The notes under the pieces are model-generated. The model was not told the origin of the DNA and searched no databases. It worked only from the letters and a program-made list of their open reading frames with translations. The position numbers and the translations under genes are program-made. This document shows, one piece after another, positions 46,001 to 58,530 of a stretch of 64,000 nucleotides of DNA. The stretch's first letter is position 1; every line of letters starts with the position of its first letter. This stretch comes from Anthoceros angustus. Taxonomy: Eukaryota > Plantae > Anthocerotophyta. The DNA lies in assembly GCA_010909165.1 (NCBI GenBank), contig MU008161.1, positions 744,001 through 808,000 on the forward strand. Direction: 5' to 3'.

Positions 46001-47851
46001 GCTGTCTCTCAGCCTCTCCTACCCACTTGCTCAGCACATCAGCACCTTTGCGCATGAAAAAACTAACTTTTTTCCCTGCCTTCGATGCTTGAGCAGCTAG
46101 AGCCCTAGCCACCAAAGTTTTGCCAGTGCCAGGTGGCCCACAAAGCAGGACCCCTCTTGGTGGAGTGATATGATAGTTGGCAAAAAAATTAGGATACATC
46201 AAGGGGAAAAATACCATCTCCTTTAAAGAATTGATGTAGCTGGACAGACCCCCAATCTGGTCAAAACTCACCGATTCATCCACAACTACTGGCTGAATGT
46301 CAGCCCCGCCTTTGGAAGTCGGTCCTGCAGTTTGAGCCCCCGTTCCGCTTCCGATGGAGCCCCAGTGATCATTCTGATTTGGAGCTCCCCATCCTGTACC
46401 AGTAGCATTCAGGTTCCAACTTGCAAAGGCATTGACGTCCCCAAAACTCCCAGGAGGAAGGAAGGGAAGGCCAGAAGAACGGCATGATCGGGCCCATGTA
46501 CCACCAGGTGCCTGATCCATCTCGTCCACAAGGAGAGAGTCATCAGAATCCCCAGCTCGCTGCCTCTTAAAACCACGCGAGCTACTTGTTCTACCTTCCC
46601 GGCCTCGCTTCGTACCAGTCCCTGCATGATACAGTTTGCGAGGAGATCGTGCACGAGAGGCCTGCTCTTCTCTACGTGGCGAGAAACGCTGCACCTCAGT
46701 TCGGCTCCGTAGAGCATAACGACGCCTGCCATCCCCTTCGTCGCCTTCATCGCCTTCATCCTCCTCTTCTCCCTCCTCCTCCTCTCCATTATCAGCGACC
46801 TCTCGATCATTCCGGTCCTGCTTCAGTTTCCCTTCTTGCTCCTTCTGCCGAGCCTTCTTCCGCTCCTCTTCCTGCTCATCCTCCTCCTCCTCCTCCTCTG
46901 CACCTCCAACCTCCATTTCATCGTCCTCCTCCGAGGAGGTCTCTTCCTGATCATCCGAATCCTCATCCTCCGAATACTCCTCCTCGGACAGATATTCCTT
47001 CCTCTTGGTCCTGCTTTTCTTGCGAGGCCGCAGCCCTGCCCTCCTTGGAGGCTCTTTCCTGCGCAATTTCTTTATCGACCGAAACCCATGTCTCCTGGAC
47101 ACCTGCACAGCTCCCACTAATCAGCCCCGCCATACCCGGCCACGTATAAAATCCGTCTCCCAAAACCACCGCTTAGCATACCCACCCTTACAGGTCGGGC
47201 ATCGTCCGCCTCACTGTCGGAATCCAGCCCCATGTACGTCGAGCGTCTCTTTCTGGTGGAGCGACGAAGGCTCGTCCCGTTCGGCTGCAGCAAAAGCACT
47301 CAACTCCTCAATCCGCAACCTGACAACCTCGCGCACCTGGTCCTCGTAGCTCACAAGACACAGTCATGTCACAAAACACGTCACCGTACCTGCAACGGCT
47401 CCGCAGCAGCATCCTCGGGCTGGCCCCGATCAGGGTGCGCCGGTTGCCGAGTCATGTTGTCCTGGCAGCACACAGAGGAAGAAATCAGCAAACAAGAATC
47501 GTGTCCCTGCTCTTGTGCTCCGTTGCAGGAAGGCTCCAGCCGACTAGCCGACATGGCAAGCTAACAATGCCGTGGCAGGAGCACGCAGACCAGGCCTGCT
47601 GGCTTGTCCTCCATGCACTTCCGTCGGGCTGGCTCGAACCTCTTAGCGATCTCGGAGGCAGGGGGCCGGCCCTTGCCCTTGCCCGTCACCTTGCCAGCAG
47701 AGTAGCCAGGCTTGTGGAAGTGGCCGAGGCCAAGAGCGCGGGTGCGCAGGCGTGTGATGTGCACTTCGCTGCCTGGCGGAAGCGGGAGCGGGAGGGGGAG
47801 GCCCCGCTGCTCAGCCAAGCCCTGGGGATCCCCACGTCCCGAATCTTCCAT
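43021..47851 (-). CDS. BRAT1: ATAD2/Yta7-like AAA+ ATPase with bromodomain (multi-exon)
   Basis: N-terminal exons (ASEIAK.., LRRSTRKRR), acidic tract, GVLLCGPPGTGKT, FFMRKGADVLSKWVGEAERQL, IIFFDEIDGLAPVRS, second AAA PSVLYLPQ, bromodomain DAPDY..FVKTPMD, and C-terminal LVLQTEGFNLPQLESVY. ATG 47851, stop 43021. Confidence 0.93.
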
Positions 47852-49437
47852 AGCTTCCTTGCTCCCTGCTTGCTACCTCGTAGCCCGCAGGTGATACTCG
47901 TACCAAATATAAATTTGTCAAGCCCAATTCCAATTCCTGCTGCCTGCGTTATGTCTGTACATTCTAGACTAGGTACCAATATGCACATGCATTGCCAAAG
48001 CCAGCCTTACTAAGTACAACAACCCACTAGGTACCTTCGTTATGTGCCCGCCACGCGAGTCGCAGCATGTAGGTACGTATGTATGTGCTTTTCTTACTGC
48101 TCACCATTCACTCCACCCATATTAATTTTTAATTACTCCCTTTGTACATATATAGACTTTTCTTCCTTGTTTCTCGAAGTTTTATGGGGTAAGTTTGGTT
48201 TATTCACAATATAAAATAAATACATATGAACATTCAATAACATTTTATGATATACAAATAATATAATATATCAACTAGATATAAGATATCATATTTCTAA
48301 ACATAAAATTGTATATGAAAGAGAGACGTTTTTATAATCTGCCATCACCTATGCACCACACCCCAAACGTCATCACATGTGTTCATATCTGTCACCATTT
48401 CGGGTTGCCATCACTTGTTTCGGGTTGCAAACGTCATTACATGTGCTGCACACCTAGTTTGCCTAGTCGTAAGCCTTTGAGCGTGTCATGTCACTTGAAG
48501 TGCTTGTATATAGGTATATGGGTAGACTAGGCATATTTAAAAACTCATATTTCATTGAATACCGAAAATTGGCACTTAACTACTAAGGTTTCGTCTCTAC
48601 AACTATTATGAGTCAATGAAAACAGTTCTACCCAAGGCAAGAGTTACAAACAAGATGAGGGTTACTCATTGTAATCTCTACCATTGATAAGGGTCTTCAA
48701 AATATCAGCATCTAGAACACTTGAAACATTAATATTAGTTATACGTAAGTATCTGAAAGATGCCGTGGCATATTTCCGTAGCGTACACCCAAAAAAAAGA
48801 AAGTCACACACACACTCCCGTGTGACCAGATCGATATTCCATACGGATTTCCATCATGAGAGTTGGTACTTAACAACTTGTACCATGGTGTGCCTAAGCT
48901 ACTTGCACCAAGGGCATCCACTCCCTTTAAGCACCCCATCTAAGTACCGATCTAAAAATATGTGTCCATTTAGCCTAAGCCATTTGGCACTCTATAATTT
49001 GTGTGGAGATTTAGCCCAAGCTTTACACACCTGGTCAAAGCAAAGTCACGTACGAAAAGACATACATTTTTCCATATGGCGAGCCTCTCAAAATGCAACT
49101 GCAGAGCACATCACCTGCGCTGGTGGCAACCGCGACTAGCGATGCAGAGAATGGCAGAGCCACGCATCAGAGAATATTAGTGGTGACATCGGCGGCTCCC
49201 GCAGAAGGATGGCAGCCTCAATTTCAGACCTCATCGAAGACAACAAGTTCATCATGTTCAGAGGGCAGAGCATGGAGTCTGTGATGGCAACCGTGGGGCA
49301 CAAGAATCTCACAGGAGGAGTAACACTGATCTGTTCCAGCAACTTCACCAGGCATCAGGGCCCTTGACCTGGGCCACAATGCAGGCAGCTAGGAGGGCAG
49401 TTTTGAGCACCAGAAGAAATGGGTCGCTACTTCTGAG

Positions 49438-49498
49438 AGGGACACCAGGGTTGAACTGACTCCAGGGTTTTTGTTGCCAGTTCAACCCTGGTGTCCCT
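49438..49498. repeat. Perfect 21-bp inverted repeat with 19-nt loop
   Basis: AGGGACACCAGGGTTGAACTG (49438-49458) is the exact reverse complement of 49478-49498. Confidence 0.9.
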
Positions 49499-50047
49499 AA
49501 CCATGACATTGATGAAGGTGGAGATACGGGTCGCTACTTCTGCAACCTATTTCTTCTGGTGCCCAAAGCTGTCAAGAAAATAACCATCCTGGCTGTTCCG
49601 GAGCAGGATTTGTTTCAGATCTGTACAGATTTGGACCAGAGGCCGTTCTCGAGACAGTTTCGATGCAGTTTCGTGCAGATTTAGACCACTGCCGTTCTGG
49701 ATACATGTCTTGTGCGTACAATTTTGATGGGAAAGCTTTCCTGTCACAAGTAAGCCGTGCGAGATACCATAGAAGCTTGCTTGCAGCGCCAGCCACCTGG
49801 ACGCATATCGGATTCAGGGTCTGCGGGGGGGAAGTTTGTGCCTCATGATGCATGGGTGCTAGTGTACCATCCCTCGCTCCCCCGCGCTGCCCCCCTCTGC
49901 CCCAAGAAAAATAAGTTCACGCATGATGCTTGCCCTGTGTTTTCTTTCCCCCTTCCAGACAGCAAGTTGGTTGACTTGGTGCAAGTTGAACATTTGAAAG
50001 TGTTTTTTTCCTTTGGAAACAGGAAACTGCCCTTCGTTCTCTGTAAC

Positions 50048-51355
50048 TCACGATCCCGAGAGCTCGCGGTCGGGCAGCTTCCACTTGCTATACCAGTGAA
50101 TGCTAACTCTTGACCATAACGGAAAAATGAAATCGCTCAAAGGTTCATCAACTGGCCCATCCAGCGTGAGAGGAAGCCAAACATAACGTGAATCTCGAAG
50201 GTCAGAAGGCTTCCATCTATCCGCCATAAATATATAATAATCAGGGATTCCAGGCACTGGCAGCACAAAAGTACCTTGTGCATAGAATGTTTTGGAGGTG
50301 AAATCCGAGCTTCCTCCCACACAAGGATTCCCTAAAGTTTCCCATAATCCCATCATGGACTCGGAAGCATGAACGAGGGCTCCATTGGGTGCCCATCCTG
50401 TGCATCCTGAAGTTATCATATAGTAGTTGCCTCTGTTTTTGAATACTGCAGGTGCTTCTCGTTTCTGTTTGATAAACAACCTCGTCATATTGCTCTCCAG
50501 AGCCAAATAATTGTCCGTCATAACCCCAATGTGCAACTCGGTGTTGTCCAGGGCCGAGTAGATTACATATGCCTTCCTATCATCGTCCTTGAAAATGGTC
50601 ATATCTCGGCTGTCATAACCATGAGGCCTCCTGCTTCCGAGGTACAGAAACGGCCCCTGAGGTCTGGCACTGACGGCAATCCCGACGGAGGCCTTGGAGT
50701 AGTTAGCACTGTCTACATGCATCCACATGACATAGGTGTCGGTGAGTTCGTTGTAGATCACCTTTGGCCGCTCCACCACCTTGCTAACATGCAGGTCACT
50801 CTCCTCATCCGTGTTGTCTGGTTTGAGCACTGTGCCCTCGAAATTCCAGTTCCACAAATCCTTGGAGGAATAGCAGTTGATCCCCAGCACATCCACCCGC
50901 GCCAAGGCGCCTTTGCGAATATGGTAGGTGCGGCCGTCCTTGTTCTCTCCATACCAGAAGAAGGTCTGGCTCTTGTCATCAAACATGACTCCACCCCCAT
51001 GTGCCTGAATCGGTCGCCCCTGCGTATCCCGCCACTCCCGCCCCGGATAATAGTACATTCTCTCGCTGCTGTTGGCCCTGAGGGGGTTCACAGCCAAGCT
51101 CTTGTCCGGGAACAAATGCGTCCCACCAGCCCGCTGCTCGCCCCACGCCACCGTGCCTGCCAAGGGCACGTCCTCCAGATTGGACAGGGTCCGCCATTGC
51201 TGCCGGTTCCTTCCCGAGGGTGTGAAGTCGAGCGGCGCAAACAACGTGTAGATCTGCACAAGCAGGATCCAGGCTGCCAGGAAGCAGACAAGGTTGGTCA
51301 CACTGCACCTGCGTCGCACAGCCTGCACTGCCGTAGGTGGCAGATGCCGCACCAT
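50048..51355 (-). CDS. Glycoside hydrolase family 43 (GH43_24-type exo-beta-1,3-galactanase-like), type II membrane protein, intronless
   Basis: 435-aa ORF with N-terminal TM, IQAHGGG, WYGENKDG, YSSKDL.NW, VERPKVIYN, SRDMTIFKDDD, REAPAVFK and ITSGCTGWAPN. Confidence 0.93.
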   Translation of the reverse strand: MVRHLPPTAVQAVRRRCSVTNLVCFLAAWILLVQIYTLFAPLDFTPSGRNRQQWRTLSNLEDVPLAGTVAWGEQRAGGTHLFPDKSLAVNPLRANSSERMYYYPGREWRDTQGRPIQAHGGGVMFDDKSQTFFWYGENKDGRTYHIRKGALARVDVLGINCYSSKDLWNWNFEGTVLKPDNTDEESDLHVSKVVERPKVIYNELTDTYVMWMHVDSANYSKASVGIAVSARPQGPFLYLGSRRPHGYDSRDMTIFKDDDRKAYVIYSALDNTELHIGVMTDNYLALESNMTRLFIKQKREAPAVFKNRGNYYMITSGCTGWAPNGALVHASESMMGLWETLGNPCVGGSSDFTSKTFYAQGTFVLPVPGIPDYYIFMADRWKPSDLRDSRYVWLPLTLDGPVDEPLSDFIFPLWSRVSIHWYSKWKLPDRELSGS

Positions 51356-54009
51356 GGCTCACTTCCACACCTCTACGCTTTTACTGCGGCCTTCATGCGT
51401 CTCTCAACCACGATATGGATGTGGGCGACAATCGCACAACCCTGGAAGTAATAGCTGAGCCTCCTGGGTGATCCTTGGGCCACTGAAACTGTGGCTTGTC
51501 AGTCTGAGAAGACCCCAGCCCCAATTTCGCAGGAAACAGGGCTTCCAGCTGGGCATGAAAACGAAGCAACATGCCGAGGCTGTGGATAGCATTGGTGGAG
51601 CTGGCAGTTCAAGGCCAGAGTGTCGTAGAGATGCAGAAGAAGCCAAGCGGAGACTGAGAAAGACACTCTCGCGGTTGGAAATGGAAGTGAAGGTCTTCGA
51701 CGTACAGTTTGCTCTGCAAAAGATGGGGCCAGGATGAGTTCTATGGCTGTTGCGGGGCTCGGAGAACCAGGTGCTGTATGGCATCGCACCGAGCTCAGAG
51801 AGGCTTGAGAACACGTGGTCAAGCACTCGTTGAGCCAAGTAGCATTTGGTTGTTGAACCCCAAAGTGGCTACCCGGGGTGTGTCCCGATCCATGATCCAT
51901 GATCCAACCTTCTCCCCCGCACAACCTGAGCTCCTCCGCCCATTGTGCAGCAAAATCGGTGTGCCCCGACTGATGGTCTACAAATCCTGCAACTCGCATC
52001 CCCTGACCTTCTCGATGCCATGCACGACCTAAGCTCCTCCCCTCTCCATTCCGCTCACAGTGCAGCTCACCGGTGTCCCCGTTTCTTTCAAGACATGTTT
52101 GCGGGCTATGGTGGTTTGGTAAAGGGGTAATCGTTTATCTTGGCTATCTGGCAAGTTTCTTTAGGTCTGAGAGCGGAGATGGGCAGGTTCGTGCATACCA
52201 GAAGGAAACGTTCAACGAGTGAATCAAAAGGTAGCATCAAAGAGGAGCTTTGGTAAGAAAAGCTTCCCACTTGGTACATTTCCAATTGGCACGTCTTCTA
52301 CCAATCAGCTAAGGGCGGAGCAACGAAGTCACCTATGGTTTGGTATGAGGCCAGATGCTCAATTCCTTGCTCCTGCTGAAGAGGAGAGCATCATGCTCTT
52401 GATTCTTTGACGAAAGACCAAATAGAAGATGTAGAGAACGCAACACGACCTGATACGGAGACGTTGGCCCAAGAGTCTCATACGACTCATTTAGAGTAAC
52501 CACGGCCTCGACCCCAACGTCCTAATAGGAAGTGCTGACACCAAACCGCGCCAACATACGTAAATGAGTAAGCCTAACTCATCCCCCGGTGTCACGCCCT
52601 CGGTGCCCAGGACATAAGCCTGTCCCGTCTAAGAGCTCCAGTCTGGGTTCATATGGCAGCCACCTGCTGGAGTTTTCAAGGCCTTGTCTGCACGACGGAT
52701 TTTACTGGGCAGCGTGCTACCGCTGCCGTATCTCTAAGCTAGCAAGTTACAACCAGCATGCGGTGTATTGCAGCTGCCTGCCTAGTGAAGGCCGAGGCGG
52801 GTTGTCGGCCAAGGAAGCGGCCACCGGGGCTTGGGTTGTCCACCCACTCCTCACAAGTCACATGTGACCCGACAGGATGCGCATGCCGGTGAAAACTTTT
52901 CTGCCACCAGCTCTGAACACCCGCCCGGCGAGTGATGCGAGTGAATCATTCGGAAACTCTCTGGTACTCTGGGGCAGGGAGAACAAGCTGAAGAGTACCT
53001 AACAGAGACCAGACCCGAAAAGTAGAAGAATCAGCCACATCACCTACTATTTCAATCTCAGTTAAAGAGAAGAGACAGCGAACTTGAGAATTGAGCCGCC
53101 ATTCTGCCGCCTGCGTCATCCGAATCTTCAAGAGCAAATTAAGAATTCTTAAGGAAGGTGGCCTCGACATTGGCGATGCGTCGTCTCTCTGCTGGGGCAT
53201 GACACAATGGTACAGTAGTTATTTACAGCTGGTAGTACATTCCAGCCCTCCTTAGACAACTGATGCTACATGTGATGCATTTTCTACAGCAAACATGCAC
53301 ATGAATCCTGTGAGATACAGCTACGATATACCACATCCTAGAGCCTGAAACCAAACCCTGAGAATGTTTCCAAACCAGGAAAGTTGATATACAACTCAGA
53401 GCGTATGGAGCTTGAAGACCAATATCTCGTCGTCCGGCTTTGCACTTCCTGACCACTTGAGCAAAGACACTCATCGCTATACCACCTGATGTTACACGAT
53501 CTGCATGATGCAGTACCCAGGGCACCGCGTTGCCGCTCATTCCCCCCATAAACTAGGGTTGGTTCCCAGTCGAAAGCTTGCGAGAGTGGAGCGCTACTTG
53601 GCTCAGCATGTCTCCCATATGTTCTTCCTGCGAGCAACCCACAGAATCCTCAGAAACCCATCACATCTGATCATCTGTTCTCGCTATGGTCAGCCAAGTG
53701 CATTGCGGCGAAAAGAAGTTTATAATCGACCTCGCTGTCTCACTCCAGAACTTCTAGTGCCTGAATCATGACCCCAGAAAACTGGCTGCAAACCAAGAAG
53801 GTAGCAATCCCAAGGTCCAACATTTCAGAGCTATCTCTGCCAAATTTCTGGCAAGTAACACTTGCGAGCCTATGGTATGACCACTAACTGCCTCCATCCT
53901 GTGCATACAACCTATCATTGTAGAGCAGGAAACAACCCAGTGAACTGAAAGTGTAGAAAGGCCTATGCCTAGATGATCCCTTTGGTGCAAAAACGTTCGC
54001 TGGTACCAT

Positions 54010-56831
54010 TCAAGGAGCACTATTTGCCCGAAAGACATGTATCCGATGCTGACAAGACAATAGATACAATCGTTCTAATGCTGTCGATACTATGCCACTA
54101 CAAGTTCATGAAATGGTTGACAGATTACCTGTTACGATCACACCTGCTGCCCACTTGGTCCACTGGCAAAAGCAGGGGTACGAACAGGCATTGCAGCTGC
54201 TGGACTGAAGGCACCAGCTGCAAATGCTTGACCACCTGTAGACAAGCCTTTCAGCTTGCTAGGATGCCATACGGCACCTGATTCTCCATGCCCGGCAACA
54301 GCCACAGAACTCATTCTGGCCCCATGTTCTGCAGAAAAAACTTTGGATTCAACTTCAGTTCTGTTTTCAACGGGGAGGGTGTCTTTCTCGGGCTCAGCTT
54401 GGCTTTCTCCTGCATCTGTATGAAAAATTGGCCTTGAACTGCCAGCTCCGCCAATACCATCCTCGGCCTCGGCCTTGACATGTTGCTCTCCTTCATGTGC
54501 AGCTGGAAGCCCTGTTTCCAGCCCAGTTGGCTGGGGCCTCACAGACTGACAAGCCTCTGTTTCAGTGGCTACAGGATCACCCGGAGGCTCAGCCATTCCT
54601 TGCAGGGCTGTGCCATTGCCGTCCACATCCATATCCTGAGCAACCACCTCAAGCTCGTTCTTAACCGCCTCAGGCAAATCAATATTTTGTCCGTCAGGAC
54701 TTACACTGCTGCTAACATGAGCAATCTCCTCCGCTGTCAAATGGGCTTCCATTTCTTGGTCTGTACCTCTGTACTCATCCTCTTCTTCCGCTATCAAGGT
54801 GGCCATAAGCGAGAGCGCTTCGTTCTGCTGCTCCCATCCGCTGGCATCCCTAAAATCAGCTTCCAAGACAATATCCGACCCTGCAACTCCCTCCCCCGTC
54901 ATATCCGGGTTTGCAAGGCAGGTCTCTCCGGTACCTATTCGCATGAGGGAAGGCATACATGCCTCACCAGGAGCTGCGCTGTCTGGAATCAGTCCCACAG
55001 GACCCTCCGTCGTACTATACACATCAGGCTCAGGTTTGATGGGTGGAACAGCACCGGATGATGTGTCCTGTGCAAAGAACTCCTCCTTCAAAATGCCCGG
55101 GGCATCCACACGTTCGGCCTTCACGTCCGCCGGCTGCCCATCTGCATGTAAATGCAAAGAATTAAAGGCCCTTTCCTCAAAATCGGGCGGAAGGGCACCA
55201 AGGTCAGTTGCATTGTCGTCAGCTTTCTTGTGTTCCTGCCTATGAATCCTGTTATCAGAACGCCTCCCGTCCTTGCAGGTGAAGGAGCGTGGCCTGCTAG
55301 TCTGCTGGTGCCTGTGCTGCTGCTGCTGCTGCTCCGACCGCGGCTCCGTGGGAGTACCTCCACCACCACCCCCACTGCTCCCACCCCGCTCCGCGGCCAT
55401 GCCCTAGCTGCACTCTCCCAGGCTCAGCAACCGGTGCAGCCAAACGGCCCGTGGACTTCCTTCTCATGGGAGTGTGGCTGCGGGAAATCCTGGGCGAGCT
55501 GTTGATCTCCCGGTGCAGCTGCCGGGCCAACTCCCCGTCGTCGATGGACGACTGCAACCCCTTACCATCCTCCCTCTCCACCTTCACGTCCAACCTGTCA
55601 GGCCTGTCTCCCCTGTCTCCCCTGTCCCCCCTGCTCCTATCGGAATTCCCCGAACTCTCCCTTGTCAGTTGCTTGGATGCCACGGACGTCCGCGCATCCG
55701 AGCGGTACGGGTTCCTCCGCAGCTCCGCCCTGGTCTGCGCCTCCGCCCGGGCCGCAAGCGCCGCAGCCTCAAGGCCGCCTTGGCGGCAGCCGCTGCCTTC
55801 ACTGCCACCGACGCCTTGGCCGCAGCAGTGGCCTTGGCAGCCGCCGCCGCCTTGGCGGCCGCCGCCGCCGCCTTCGCAGCAGCTGCAGCCTCCTCGGCGG
55901 AGATGGGCGACGGGTGGTGCAGCGCTGCCTTCCGAGACTGCCCACTCATACCGCACTTGGACGCAGAACCAGAAGCCGAGGCCGAGGCCGAGGCCGAGGC
56001 CGAGGCCGAGGCGGCGGCGCCCGTGTCCAATCTCGCCCGCTCCGAATGCCCCACAGGATCCTGCAACCTAGCGCGGGGCTCGCGGCCCATTCTGGGCCTC
56101 TTGTGCGAGGGGCTGGAGCACTCGGCTGCCGCAGACGACACGCATTGCCCTTGCCCTGGCCCAACCTCCCCCGAGGAATTAGGCGCCAGCCTGAAGGAGA
56201 ACCCCTTACCCTTGAGGCCGTTGGGCGGGTCCCTGAGCCTCCTAGGTTGCGCGCAGTCGGGGCAGACGTAGGACGCGGGATCCGGGGACGCGCCACCGCT
56301 CCTCCCCGGCTGCTTCAGCTCGCACTCCACATGCACCGATCGCCGGCACTTGGCGCAGGGCAGCCAGACGGCGGGATCTCCCAGCCGGGAGAGCTCGTGG
56401 TATCCCCCGAGGCAGAAAGGGCAGCACATGTTCTTGCTGAAGAGCTGCGCGCAGGGATTGCAGAGGCGGTGGAAGACGCCATTGCGGCGGATCCTCCTCC
56501 ACCCGCCGCTGTCCTGGCCCCCGCAGCTCATGCACCCGTCCTCCTGCTTCACCGCCGCAGCGGCAGCGGCTGCTGCTGCGCCCGCGGGCGCAGCACCCGT
56601 CCAGCGCGCCCTCCAGACCTACCCGGACGGGCCTGACTGCAGCACCGACGCGGGGGACGAGACCGCGAACGCCGGCGCCGGGGACGAGGCCGCCAGCCAG
56701 CCCCCGTTCTGCTGCTTCAGCCCAGCCAGCAGCCGCTTTCTTGGAGGAAGCGAGCCGCCGGACATGGCCCGGGACGCCGCGTCGCCCGCTCCCCCATCCC
56801 ACCCTCCGCCCCCCGACTCCGAGTCTCCCAT
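54010..56831 (-). CDS. Nuclear protein with LPPRKRLLAGLK motif, C4 zinc finger plus PHD finger, Ala/Lys helix and ELARQLHREINSSPRIS motif (three apparent reading-frame lesions)
   Basis: ATG 56831; CMSC..GGW..LCNPC; CPFCL..WLPCAKCRRSVHVEC..YVCPDC; AAAKAAAAAKA; DDGELARQLHREINSSPRISR; acidic tail. In-frame TAG at 56619-56621 and shifts near 55770 and 55403. Likely last exon 54010-54048. Confidence 0.75.
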
Positions 56832-58357
56832 GCCGCTGCTATCCCTTCACCCTCTCCCTGCACCCTCATTCAACGCCACCTTCAATGTCCGGTGCCACGG
56901 CCTCCGCATCCGCCCTGCCGGCGTGTTCTCGGATCCTGCTCCTCCGCCCTGCCCCCATCCACATGCCGTGCGCCATGGCGCACCAGTGAGCCCCTCCAGA
57001 TCCACCGCCCTGCTCCTCTCCCTCCTCCTGCTCCTCCTCCTCCCGCTCCCCTGGCTCCCCTCCCAGGCAGCAAGAACCGCATACCCTAACCGGCCATAGC
57101 CAAATTCCTTACCCTAATCCACTCCCTTGCACTCGCTCCGGGCCAGGCTCCTGGGCAAGATCTCTCCTCGCCATCCCTACCACCACCCTCTCCGCTCCGC
57201 AGCTCCCCCTCCCCTTCCTGCCAAAATGCCTCTCCTCCTTCCCCGCCCTCCTCTCCGTCCTCCCACCCCGCTCCCGCAAAAAGAAGCCACCAAACCCGAA
57301 AGAAAGCTCGCAATTGCGCCACACTCCAGCACCAACACCCACACTCTCCTTCTTCACCTCCACCACCTCCAGCCGTGAACTTGCACTTGGATTCCCGATG
57401 CCAGCACAAGCAACCATCCGCCTTCCAGGGCCTGGCAGGCAAGAGGAGGGCCCAGGGCAAGCCAAGGCCAGGCGGAGGCGAAGCTAAAGGCAAATCCCAA
57501 GACAAGCAAGCCGCAAAGAAGCAAAGCAAGAGTGAGAGAGAAGGGCAGTGCCGGGCCGGGCAGGGCAGGAGAGCTTCACCTACCTGACCTTGGAGCCAGG
57601 CTCGGGGGCTAGGGTCGGGCCCAGCCTCGGCTAATTCTAGGCTACTCACTAGGTACTCACACTCTCCAATTTAGACATACCGGATGTTCATGTGGAAGCG
57701 ATCTGATATTTTGGGGGCAGTGGCCAACCCCCGTCGTGTCGGAGTCCGCGGCAGAGGCAAGGCAAAGGCAGGCCTTGGCTGCCAGCGCCTATGGGGAAGG
57801 GCCTTATCCGGCCAAGGCCCAGGCCAAGGTAGGATATGCCGCGCAGCCTGCGTTTTATGCCGGCCCGGCGCCCGACAGCCGAGTTTAACTCCATGTTAAC
57901 CCGGGGTCGGACTGGGGGCATTATTGTGGAGCCTGGATGTGAATGAAAATGAAGGGGGTTGGTACGCAAGTAGGTGTGTCCAACCTAACCTTTCTTCTCC
58001 TCCGTCTCCCCTCTATTCGTGCTAAAAAGTGCACCTCCCCCTCGGATGGGATCCACTTTAGGTATGTCATATCTACGTTTTAAATTTTCTTATATATTCT
58101 ATGCATCTTTGTATGTTCCAAGCTGTGTAAAGTCTAGATTTCCGCTCACACCCACCACCAGGGATTCAAACCAGAAGAGCTTGTTGTTCTTTTCCATCTT
58201 TGTTCCTTGGCGCTAGTGGATAACAAGTGATACTTTCCCTTCTTCTACCCAAAGCGTACCGGCAACGCTCACTGATCTTTGCAAAGGTAAGCAGACAATT
58301 CATGAGATTGTAAATGCATCACTAACACTACAAGGAAAGTTCCTGCTAGATCTTATC

Positions 58358-58530
58358 AAGCACATGAGGAGGGACAAGGATTGAGTCAGAAAGTTGCTTG
58401 TAGATGCCAGCAAGCACATAGGCAAGGACAACTAAGTTTTTGTAGATGCCAACAAGTATATAGAGAGGGACAACTAAATTTCCTGGTAGATGCCAACAAG
58501 CACATGAGGAGGGACAACAGTTGAGTCGGA
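58358..58530. repeat. Degenerate about 43-bp tandem repeat (3 units plus partial)
   Basis: GTAGATGCCA(A/G)CAAG at 58400, 58442 and 58486; AAGCACATGAGGAGGGACAA at about 58358 and about 58498. Confidence 0.8.

Noticed and set aside
50531-51451. 306-aa ORF antisense to GH43
   Set aside because: Expected stop-free shadow from GC-rich codon usage; no motifs.
52590-52862. Solo LTR (TGTCAC...GTCACA ends)
   Set aside because: No target-site duplication, PBS or internal domain nearby; the ends could be chance matches.
55474-57099. Several 250-320 aa plus-strand ORFs
   Set aside because: Antisense to the very GC-rich PHD gene and low in complexity.
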